This document shows positions 29,815 to 37,664 of a DNA stretch of 64,000 nucleotides, piece after piece (within the stretch, counting starts at the first letter, position 1; the number at the start of each line of letters is the position of its first letter). Source of the DNA: Candidatus Bathyarchaeia archaeon. Its GTDB lineage: Archaea; Thermoproteota; Bathyarchaeia; 40CM-2-53-6. Made by a program: the position numbers and the translations under genes. Below the pieces are notes generated by a model that was not told where the DNA came from, did not search any database, and was given only the letters and a program-made list of their open reading frames with translations. The stretch covers positions 64,001-128,000 of the forward strand of contig JBEKVV010000005.1 of assembly GCA_049513715.1 (NCBI GenBank), read 5' to 3'.

Positions 29815-29904
29815 GTAAGTATTGAAACTTGGGGAGATGACTCTCTTAAGATCAATAGACCGATATTCCTCATCGCATACTGGAATACCTACACATTTAG
29901 AACC

Positions 29905-30537
29905 ATGCACATAGAGACCGTGAAGACCTTGATGACAAAGCTTCAAGGGAGGAAGCATAATCGGCAGAAGCAATTAGCCCTTGAGATCCCAACATGGTAC
30001 GCATTGCTATGGCTTATCGCCCCTTATTTTGTGGAGAAGGATGGTCTAATTCGATTCGATACTTCCCGCCAGAGAACTATTGCGTGCTGGCAATGGGGAG
30101 TAACGTTAACATGGTTTAGAAAAAATAATGAAAAGGTAAACTACGGAACTCATACTCCGGATTTCGTCATCAAACAGGTTGACAAGCCTCTATTGGCTAT
30201 TGAATGTAAGAATGTCAACCATAGATTCAAAATTTACCCTGACTGGCTCACGAACGAAGTAGTATCCAGGTTCGAAAACTATCACCAGTGTAGGAAATTG
30301 GCAATCTTCAGCTTCTTTGTTCCAGCTTACAATTATGAAACCACAATTCACAGAGCATTGATGCAAAAACGGATTCAGATAATCGAACTTGATGAACAGC
30401 CATTAAGTCACAAGATAGCTGATATCGGCTTTGCAACGATCCCTCTTAGAACCTATCTCTCTCCACACGTGACGAAAGTAATGGAGAAGCTCAAGCCTAC
30501 TCCCATGGCGCCACTGGAATCGTTTTCCCTCAAGTAG
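29905..30537 (+). CDS. PD-(D/E)xK nuclease-like protein
   Basis: TPDFVI...IECKN; start moved to ATG 29905 because the longer frame runs through repeat R1. Confidence 0.6.
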   Translation: MHIETVKTLMTKLQGRKHNRQKQLALEIPTWYALLWLIAPYFVEKDGLIRFDTSRQRTIACWQWGVTLTWFRKNNEKVNYGTHTPDFVIKQVDKPLLAIECKNVNHRFKIYPDWLTNEVVSRFENYHQCRKLAIFSFFVPAYNYETTIHRALMQKRIQIIELDEQPLSHKIADIGFATIPLRTYLSPHVTKVMEKLKPTPMAPLESFSLK

Positions 30538-30671
30538 GCCCCCTCAGCCTTGAATGTTGGTTGGGCACTCTCTAATTATTACTCTGGCTGGGTTTAGTGT
30601 TCGCTTCCCTATCTATTTTTTCCGATTCGCGTGATTAAAATGAGATCAATCAGAGGTGTCCGTAATTGTCA

Positions 30672-30721
30672 GCTATTTTAATAGTACTTTAGCGAGCTTT
30701 AGGCTATTTTAATAGTACTTG
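30672..30721. repeat. 19-bp direct repeat x2 (GCTATTTTAATAGTACTTT)
   Basis: Exact copies at 30672-30690 and 30703-30721, period 31 bp. Confidence 0.85.
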
Positions 30722-30814
30722 GGAATCGATTTAGTTCAGTTTTCTCTCTCCTCTGCATTGGTATATCACATCCTCAATAGTATATGGAAAAACAGGTTTA
30801 GAGAATTAGCCGTT

Positions 30815-31048
30815 CTAGGGGGTTCTGGCTTGAATGTTAGGAACATTGGAAATGGCCTTCTGCGTATGCTGTTCTACCATGGTAATCGCTAGCCAGTAGA
30901 GCTTGCCGTCTATTGAAAGGTTACGTCGCTTTGTATAGAAGCCAGTGCTACCCGTCTTAAATTGGGTTGGTCGTAGTGGTATTGGAATTCCTTCTATGGC
31001 GATTTCGGGGACTTTGATTATTTTCATTTTTCTTATCCCTCCTCTCAT
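30815..31048 (-). CDS. small beta-rich basic protein
   Basis: 77-aa ORF with FKTGSTGFY...IDGKLY; GAGGAGG before the second ATG. Confidence 0.55.
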   Translation of the reverse strand: MRGGIRKMKIIKVPEIAIEGIPIPLRPTQFKTGSTGFYTKRRNLSIDGKLYWLAITMVEQHTQKAISNVPNIQARTP

Positions 31049-31252
31049 TTGTGTATCGTGTCCTCAATAACATATATTGAAAAGTGGTGTCTTATCGATT
31101 TCAGAAGGTTTGCGAGAACTGAAAATTTCGCAGTGGAACGCCACATAATGAAGCGGTGTACCTTGTTGCTACGTTCTTAGCCCGAACATCCACTTTTTGC
31201 TTTACTCTTTCGAATCTATAGAACAATGGGAATTCACTGCACTGTCGGTAGA

Positions 31253-31298
31253 GGCTTACACGGTGTTCAACTCGTGTCGGAGTAGTTTGGAGCGAACA
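31253..31298 (+). repeat. repeat family R1, degenerate copy 4
   Basis: GCTTAC-N30-GAGCGAACA. Confidence 0.5.
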
Positions 31299-31409
31299 GT
31301 GCAGTAGTTAGCGTTGAGGAAGTCTTTCCCCATAACCTTTAGACAATCTTAAGAAAAGCAGGGAAGACGTGAAAGCGTCGGTATGGTATCGTTTTTCCCG
31401 AGTAACCAA

Positions 31410-31600
31410 CCCATAGCTATAACAGCTATACTTGGCTAATTCACGCTTGCAACCAAGCTTTATCCTTTAGCATCTTTGACTTCTAAAGGATGAGTTAAAG
31501 AATGATTTTACCCGTGCAAGCGTGACTTAGGTTGAAAATTACCCGTGACGCCATCCTATAGCTATAATTGAGTTATAGGATGCAGCTATAGGTCAAGCTA
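31410..31600. other. structured non-coding segment (candidate ncRNA or origin)
   Basis: Nested stems 31441-31451/31515-31525 and 31462-31470/31483-31491, hairpin 31552-31582, four AGCTATA motifs. Confidence 0.5.
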
Positions 31601-31724
31601 CACGAAACGAATCCTCAGAGTCGGGTTCGACAGATACATGCTTGCGTAAGTTTTCCTCACCTCTCAGAGTCGAATGTGTTCTTCTGTCATAGCTTATTGT
31701 CGAACAGTAGTCTTGCAGAAGACT

Positions 31725-31916
31725 ATGCGATGTTTGAAGTGTGGTCGTGAAGCATTCCTGCTGAGTACCGCTCAGCAATGGCGAAGAGAGAATTGGATCG
31801 TCACAGAGAAGTACTATTGTTCGTCATGTGGAACAACGTACATCTCAGAGAACGATAAGATCTGGCAGATTGCCTTGCCAAGTTATTCGGTATTGGATAA
31901 GGAAACAGACTCGTAA
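31725..31916 (+). CDS. small zinc-ribbon protein
   Basis: MRCLKCG...YYCSSCG. Confidence 0.5.
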   Translation: MRCLKCGREAFLLSTAQQWRRENWIVTEKYYCSSCGTTYISENDKIWQIALPSYSVLDKETDS

Positions 31917-31985
31917 CAATACCATCTCTTCTCATTTTTGCGGAAACACCCAGGAATTGCATTGGCTTACCGCAAACTCTACACA

Positions 31986-32023
31986 TGTGTGGGTAGGCTG
32001 GTGCGCACACACACACGAAAAAC
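31986..32023 (+). repeat. repeat family R2, copy A (TGTGTGG-N6-TGGTGCGCACACACACACGAAAA)
   Basis: 23 nt identical to 33483-33505. Confidence 0.8.
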
Positions 32024-32173
32024 GACGCCGGTTGGAAGGGAAAGTTGACTGTTAGATATTTTTCGGATTCCTGGTTCTCCTTTTGATTAGCCCGTAAGCG
32101 AATATCATGAAAATGGCGAGTAGCAGCAGGCCTAATGGATATTCAGGAAGGAAAATTGGTTGGGTTTATGTGT

Positions 32174-33316
32174 TTAGTTCTTTGAGTCCCAAAGCGTTGC
32201 TCTTGGGCAGTCGCGGTAGCCGCCTGGAACTCGGACCGAATGAACGATCACTGTCGTGAGGGCTGGCCCACCGGGGTCAGTAACCGTGCCGCTGGCTGAT
32301 GCGGTGAAGGTTAACGTGATAATGGTTCGAGTGGAATCAAGCGATGCTGATGGATACTGAGTCCACACACCAGACTGAAACTTCCAATACGAGAAAGACC
32401 CCGCGGGAAGCGCGCTGGGCAACGTTATCGTTACCGTAACAGTTCCCCCAGCTCGGAGGCCTGAGATTGTGAAGGAGAATAAACCATCAGGAAACGTTAA
32501 CCCCGCAGGAGGAGCAGGCGAAACACTCGACACAGCTGTTGACGTCAAGCTTGTGAACGCACCAAGATCGCTGCTGAATGAGGCGGTACCTGAGACGCTG
32601 CTACCAGAAGCAGTCGGCACCTGAGTCGGACACGGAGACTCAGTCACAACCGTCCCAGGAACCAAAGCGATACCCCCAACAACCACCGCCCCACACTTCT
32701 CAACGAAGACGCCACTATTTGTAAGTTCGACCCCTGTGAAGTCGAGGGAGTTGACGTTCACGAAAGTCCCCCCAGCATCAATGTGAATTGAAGTGGGGCT
32801 TGCGTCTACGAGAGATGCGTTGTTTACGACGTTGCCCGCGATGTTGAGCACACCATAAATGTCAGCTCTCGGAAGAACAGCTGCTGGTGTGAAGCCTGCC
32901 ACCCCTATTAGCCCACCTCCAATGATACCGGGTAAGGTCGGTGCTGGCGTGTGAGATTTGATTGTCAAGGTACATGTTGAGCTGCATGTAAGAGCCGTGC
33001 TAGGGCCGACGAGAATGCTGTGTACTGTCTGAACGCTGCTTATCGTAACTGTGTAACCGGCTAAATTAGGATAAATTAGGTACACATCGTCCGAAGCGGT
33101 AGGTAGCCGTCCTGCTGGAGGGAATCCAATTTCGGGGAGAATCCAATTCGCGACTGTTTCCCAACTGCCGCCTGAAGGATTGCCCCAGCAAATCGTTGCA
33201 GGTGCCTGACAGGGATTGGGTGGCACTGCCTGCACCTTGGGTGCTATGGCTAGAGGAACTAGTAACATGCTGAGAACCATCAGAGCCGCCAGGAAATATT
33301 GACGGCTCATAGCCAT
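32174..33316 (-). CDS. secreted surface protein with C-terminal choice-of-anchor U-like domain
   Basis: Signal peptide; PDGLFSFTISGL..G.TVTVTITLP...YWK...DPGGPA. Confidence 0.65.
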   Translation of the reverse strand: MAMSRQYFLAALMVLSMLLVPLAIAPKVQAVPPNPCQAPATICWGNPSGGSWETVANWILPEIGFPPAGRLPTASDDVYLIYPNLAGYTVTISSVQTVHSILVGPSTALTCSSTCTLTIKSHTPAPTLPGIIGGGLIGVAGFTPAAVLPRADIYGVLNIAGNVVNNASLVDASPTSIHIDAGGTFVNVNSLDFTGVELTNSGVFVEKCGAVVVGGIALVPGTVVTESPCPTQVPTASGSSVSGTASFSSDLGAFTSLTSTAVSSVSPAPPAGLTFPDGLFSFTISGLRAGGTVTVTITLPSALPAGSFSYWKFQSGVWTQYPSASLDSTRTIITLTFTASASGTVTDPGGPALTTVIVHSVRVPGGYRDCPRATLWDSKN

Positions 33317-33463
33317 GAACTCAATCAGCCAATCGGCTTCAGCAATTAATAACACTACCTCGCCCAGCTAATCCAGTTAGGACTAGGCTGGATCAGGTGC
33401 ATTTGCAGTCTGTGCGGAGCCTGATACTGCGCCTCCTGCTCTCATTGTTTCGTTATCTTTCGC

Positions 33464-33506
33464 TTCGTCTGTGTGGTACATATGGTGCGCACACACACAC
33501 GAAAAC
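33464..33506 (+). repeat. repeat family R2, copy B (imperfect palindrome)
   Basis: TTCGTCTGTGTG...CACACACACGAA arms, 11/12 complementary. Confidence 0.8.
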
Positions 33507-33602
33507 GGAACCGTTGTTCACGAAAGTAGCACGATGCATGGTGATGGCAAGATATCGATTATAAGGGCAGTCAGCACAGTGGACATTCAATAGCTGATTA
33601 CT

Positions 33603-33839
33603 GTGACTGAAGGGTTGTCTTTGAGTAGAATGCCCAAGTATGCTTTTCTTGATTTTGTGAGAGGAATTCAACCAGTCAGGGAACACAAGGGGTGGGGCAT
33701 CTTTCGATTCAAGCGGGCCTATCATGCAGCTGAAGGATGGATCGACTTGTATGTTGGTTACAAACCCGAACGCGTGTTGATTGAGGGACTCGGTCTTCAG
33801 TCCGTGCTTTCAGATATTGACGAAGCTGAACAAGCATAG
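33603..33839 (+). CDS. small hypothetical protein
   Basis: 78-aa ORF lying between R2 copies B and C. Confidence 0.4.
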   Translation: MTEGLSLSRMPKYAFLDFVRGIQPVREHKGWGIFRFKRAYHAAEGWIDLYVGYKPERVLIEGLGLQSVLSDIDEAEQA

Positions 33840-33875
33840 CGGTTGGTCTCGGCTCTTAGCGAGCATTGCATTAGC

Positions 33876-33919
33876 TTTCGTGTGTGTGGTCTACTGGTGC
33901 GCACCCCCTCCCACAAAAC
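33876..33919 (+). repeat. repeat family R2, copy C
   Basis: TTTCGTGTGTGTGG-TCTAC-TGGTGCGCAC...ACAAAAC. Confidence 0.7.
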
Positions 33920-34040
33920 TGCAAAGTAAAAGTAATCGATATTCCGTATGTAATATCACGGCGAGATACTGCAAGTTCCCGGACCAAGACAGAGCGACTA
34001 TTGAGTACAGCTCTAGGGAATGGGCCGTTCTAGGGTTCTG

Positions 34041-34097
34041 AAAAATAACTCAGATAGCTATAAAGGTAAAGTAAAATTGTCATTTTACCTTACCTTT
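34041..34097. repeat. internal right-end/core/left-end junction (lox-like 14-8-14 site)
   Basis: 34041-34075 is 31/35 identical to 37622-37656; core ATTGTCAT; 34084-34097 identical to 21611-21624. Confidence 0.85.
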
Positions 34098-34149
34098 CTG
34101 CATGGCCTCGCAAGTAGTAGCAACTCGTCTCGGAACATTGTCGTTGGAG

Positions 34150-34635
34150 TCATTCTTTCTTTCTCGTCTGTGGGGTGTCGAGTTCCTCTGCCTGCAATTC
34201 TTTGAAGCGTGTTTCCACGAATTGACCTACCTTTTGCTGGCCATATTCCTTCATTTCGCTTTGTTTTTTCAGGTGCTGTTCGACTGTTCGAAGCAGTTCG
34301 TCCATGTTGATTGGTTTGACCAGATAGCCGTGGGCGCCCTTGTTTACTGCGTCTATGGCATTCTGTAATGCGGGGTATCCTGTGAGGATTATCTTGATCA
34401 TCTCTGGGGTTGTTTCCTTCATGGCGGTGAGAAGTTTTGTGCCTTCCATGTCTGGTAGGCGAATGTCTACGAGCGCGAGGTTGTAGAAGTTGTTTTGGGA
34501 TTTCTCAATGGCTTCCTTGCCATTGCTCGCCGTGTCCACTAAGTAGTCTTCACTCTTTAACGCTTCAGCGATGACTTTGCGTGTTCCTTCATCGTCGTCT
34601 ATGACGAGTATTCTGCCTTTTTCGGCTTCACTCAT
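34150..34635 (-). CDS. response regulator (receiver domain)
   Basis: ILVIDDD, LVDIRLPDMEG, ILTG, KP. Confidence 0.92.
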   Translation of the reverse strand: MSEAEKGRILVIDDDEGTRKVIAEALKSEDYLVDTASNGKEAIEKSQNNFYNLALVDIRLPDMEGTKLLTAMKETTPEMIKIILTGYPALQNAIDAVNKGAHGYLVKPINMDELLRTVEQHLKKQSEMKEYGQQKVGQFVETRFKELQAEELDTPQTRKKE

Positions 34636-36587
34636 AATGGTTCACCTCCCGTCTGGACGTGTTGGATTGGGAGTTTCAGTGTGAAGGTTGTTCCCTTTCC
34701 AACGGTGCTCTCAACGGATATAGTGCCACCATGGGCTTCTATAATGCGTCTGCAGATTGGCAGTCCCAGCCCTATTCCCTTTGCCTTGGTCGTGTGTAGT
34801 GGTGTCCAAATTTTCTCCAGCATGTCTTGGGGAATTCCAAAGCCTGTGTCGCGGACGGATATCGACGCCTCTTGTTGTGTATTCATGCTGGAGATCGACA
34901 ATTTTCCGCCTTCCGGCATTGCGTCGATAGCGTTCTGAATAAGGTTTGTAAGTACACGTTTGATCTTGGGTTCATCTGCGAGAATCTCTGGTGCATCAGC
35001 TGTCGTGTCCTCTATTGTGATGTTGTTTGGAATCTTAATATCGGTAAGCGTCTGTCTTACGAGCGATTTTGGTGTGGTTGGCAGTGGTTGGAGTTGCATT
35101 TCTCTTGAGAACTCCAACAGGTCGTTGATGATTCCATTTGCGTATTGAACTCCGTTGTCTATGACTGCCAGCATCTCTTTCGTGGAGGGGTCGGGTGCGT
35201 TTCGGAGATGTCTTCTTATGTTGTAGGCGGCTCCGGCTATTCCTTGCAGCGGGTTGCGAAGGTCGTGTCCAACCATCGCAGCAGTCTCACCGATACTTGC
35301 CAGTCGTTGAGATTCAGCGAGCTGCGCCTCCAGTTTCTTACGTTCGGTGATGTCAATGAAGCTTTCAAGTAGATGCTCCTGCCCACCCAGAACGATGCGA
35401 CGAACGCTTTTCATAACGGGGGTCGTCTTCCCGTTAACCCGGAGGAACACTCTTTCCGCATGGTCGATAGTTTGTCCGAGGTCTGTAATCGGGCAGCGTC
35501 CTTCCTCAGCCGGACACACGTACTTATAACATCTTGAGCCGACAATTTGCTCTATCGGAGCGCCAGCCATCTCAATGGCGGTAGTATTGGCGTCAACGAT
35601 CACATGTGTTTTCGGATCTATTATCATGATGCCGGTCCTCACTGAATCGAACATGGTCCTTAGCCTCTTTTCGCTCTCCCCCAACTTCTCCTCGCTTTCC
35701 CGCAGTTTCTTGGTTCTCTCATCCACCAACTCCTCCAAGTGCAGCGAGTACTGCTTCAGTTCCTCTTCCAACCGTTTACGTTCAGTGACGTCGCGGAGTA
35801 TTCCTTCATGGTAAATGACGTTTCCCTGTTCGTCGTGAACGTAACGACCATGGTCTTCGACCCAGACCTCGGATCCATCCTTTCGACGCATCCGGTATAC
35901 TTCCACTTCTTCCTGACCTGTATCCAGAACATGGCTTCCACGTTCTTCGAGTGAGAAATACAGTTCCTTCTTGATGTCCGTAATGTCCAACATTTCCTGC
36001 TTGCTCGAATACCCGAACATCTTCACAAAAGCAGGACTAACGTCGACAAATCGACCCTCGTGCGTGCTACGGTACATTCCATCCAGCATCCGATCGAAGA
36101 GAGACTGGTAGCGTTCTACCGATCGACGAAGTTTCTCTTCCGCCCTCTTGCGTTCGGTGATGTCGACTCCCATGACAAGAAAACTCCGTTGCCCTTCTTC
36201 TTCGAGTACAAGTTGTTTTGGTGGAAACAATAGGGTGCGGGTCGAGCCGTCCTTGCTTCGGAACACCACCTCAAACTCTGAGGCTGCTCCGTCAATCAAT
36301 GCGGCCCGTATTTGTGCAGCTGCTTTTTTCCTCTGGTCTGGGACAACGAAGTCCAACACATTCTTGCCGACGATCTCATCCCTTAAGGCGCCCGACATTT
36401 CGAGAAGCGCGTTGTTGGCATCTATTACTTTTCCGTCTGCGCCGAGCATCAACATGGCCGCTGAGCCGTCTTCACAAAGATACTTGTATTTCCGCTCAGG
36501 ATTCAACAGCAGCGGTCGCGACTTAATCGACCTGCCCTTGGTTAGATTTCTTTTCGTCATTTTTCTCGTCTTTTTCGCAATCAACAC
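34632..36587 (-). CDS. cytoplasmic multi-PAS sensor histidine kinase
   Basis: Three PAS domains ending DITERK; GHDLRNPL H-box; NLIQNAIDA, DTG, GIGLGL. Confidence 0.93.
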   Translation of the reverse strand: MLIAKKTRKMTKRNLTKGRSIKSRPLLLNPERKYKYLCEDGSAAMLMLGADGKVIDANNALLEMSGALRDEIVGKNVLDFVVPDQRKKAAAQIRAALIDGAASEFEVVFRSKDGSTRTLLFPPKQLVLEEEGQRSFLVMGVDITERKRAEEKLRRSVERYQSLFDRMLDGMYRSTHEGRFVDVSPAFVKMFGYSSKQEMLDITDIKKELYFSLEERGSHVLDTGQEEVEVYRMRRKDGSEVWVEDHGRYVHDEQGNVIYHEGILRDVTERKRLEEELKQYSLHLEELVDERTKKLRESEEKLGESEKRLRTMFDSVRTGIMIIDPKTHVIVDANTTAIEMAGAPIEQIVGSRCYKYVCPAEEGRCPITDLGQTIDHAERVFLRVNGKTTPVMKSVRRIVLGGQEHLLESFIDITERKKLEAQLAESQRLASIGETAAMVGHDLRNPLQGIAGAAYNIRRHLRNAPDPSTKEMLAVIDNGVQYANGIINDLLEFSREMQLQPLPTTPKSLVRQTLTDIKIPNNITIEDTTADAPEILADEPKIKRVLTNLIQNAIDAMPEGGKLSISSMNTQQEASISVRDTGFGIPQDMLEKIWTPLHTTKAKGIGLGLPICRRIIEAHGGTISVESTVGKGTTFTLKLPIQHVQTGGEPL

Positions 36588-36597
36588 ATGTACCCGG

Positions 36598-36969
36598 CTA
36601 CTTGGATGATGAGTTCTGCAGCTTCATCTTCGCCTCGTCAACATATTCGAGCAAAGTGCGACTCGGATTGCCTGTGAACTCGAGCCCCAATTTGAGGTAA
36701 AATTCTCTGGCGACAGCCTTGGTTATGGTCTGAGCACTGGTGCCAAAAATCTTCTCTAGAGCAGTGAATAGGGTGTCAAGTCTGTAAGGGACCTCATCCC
36801 TCGAAATGGAGTAAATTGTTTGTAGATGGGCATATAGCGCATCAACCACCGCTCGACTAAGTAGATCAGTCATGGTCTCGTCTATGGATTCGACCAAGAC
36901 ATCGTTGAACTCTCTGCCGAGTTGTGATTGTCGCAATTCAATCAGCGGATCTTGAAGGCCTCTATGCAT
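36598..36969 (-). CDS. small archaeal signalling-associated helical protein (DUF3227-like)
   Basis: ESIDE...LL...ALY.HL...F..ALEKIFG; upstream of the kinase. Confidence 0.55.
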   Translation of the reverse strand: MHRGLQDPLIELRQSQLGREFNDVLVESIDETMTDLLSRAVVDALYAHLQTIYSISRDEVPYRLDTLFTALEKIFGTSAQTITKAVAREFYLKLGLEFTGNPSRTLLEYVDEAKMKLQNSSSK

Positions 36970-36984
36970 CAGCGCCTGAGAGGT

Positions 36985-37146
36985 TTATTCCTCGATCTTC
37001 ACCGTGCCTCGCTTTACCAGAATCCTATCGTGGTCTTTGATGAACACTATTAGGTCGCCGTTGTTGGCCCTGAGGAATTCTCTTACAAATTTCGGCAGCG
37101 TCAATTGATATTTTCCTGTAATAGTAGACTTGCCCACAACTTCCAT
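36985..37146 (-). CDS. AbrB/MazE/SpoVT-family DNA-binding protein
   Basis: STITGKYQLTLPKFVREFL...GD.IVF. Confidence 0.8.
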   Translation of the reverse strand: MEVVGKSTITGKYQLTLPKFVREFLRANNGDLIVFIKDHDRILVKRGTVKIEE

Positions 37147-37258
37147 GGAATCACGCCTACATGGAAACATGGAATACGTGGTCTTAGGCAGTCTGTTACT
37201 GGCAACAGGGCCGTTTGGTAACAACCCAAGCAAACGTGGAAAAGCCTTCGAAAACGGC

Positions 37259-37450
37259 TCAAAATGAGCTTAGTAACCCTTGCTTCATGACTTCGTAGAG
37301 TGCTTCATCAATCAATTTCGACAGGTCGAACTTCCAGAGTTCTTTCTCAGTGAAGCCTGTTACGGCCATGAGCTCTCTCTTGAAGGCCTCATGCATCTTC
37401 TCTTCCCTTACCTCTGACTTGATGGTTAGCAGGCAATCTTGAGAAACTGT
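37259..37450 (-). pseudogene. gene fragment resembling the C-terminal tail of archaeal integrases
   Basis: SQDCLLTIKSEVREEKMHEAFKRELMAVTGFTEKELWKFDLSKLIDEALYEVMKQGLL*; abuts R1 copy 5; family assignment from recall only. Confidence 0.35.
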
Positions 37451-37520
37451 CTAGAAATCAGCAGTTTTCCGAAGCAGGTTACAGTGTCGTTGTGGTAGTG
37501 TGCTGGAGATTCGAGCGAAC
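37438..37520 (+). repeat. repeat family R1, copy 5
   Basis: CTTGAG-N33-GGTTAC-N30-GAGCGAAC; GGAGATTCGAGCGAAC identical to copy 3. Confidence 0.7.
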
Positions 37521-37621
37521 TTATTCAAAAAAAGTTAGGGAGAAGTAGCGTTCACTTCTCTTTCCGGGAACCGAGACCCGTTTAATCTTCAAACCTTGGT
37601 CCAAGTTGCTCAGAAATGCTC

Positions 37622-37664
37622 AAAAATAACTTAGATACCTATAAAGTTATAGTAAAAGTGGCAT
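37622..37664. repeat. right attachment site (arm + core AGTGGCAT)
   Basis: Inverted match to the left arm, direct match to 34041-34075; core overlaps the moxR stop codon. Confidence 0.82.

Larger units (their letters stand above)
21603..37664. mobile_element. tyrosine-recombinase integrative island (~16 kb) inserted between moxR and DUF58
   Basis: AGTGGCAT direct repeat at 21603-21610 and 37657-37664; imperfect 31-bp inverted ends; integrase at left end; removal restores TGATG moxR/DUF58 coupling. Confidence 0.88.

Noticed and set aside
21603..37664. Classical integron (IntI + attC) or CRISPR interpretation of the island repeats
   Set aside because: No RYYYAAC...GTTRRRY hairpins bound the genes, no IntI-specific features were recognised, repeats are 0.4-6 kb apart rather than spacer-spaced, and there are no cas genes.
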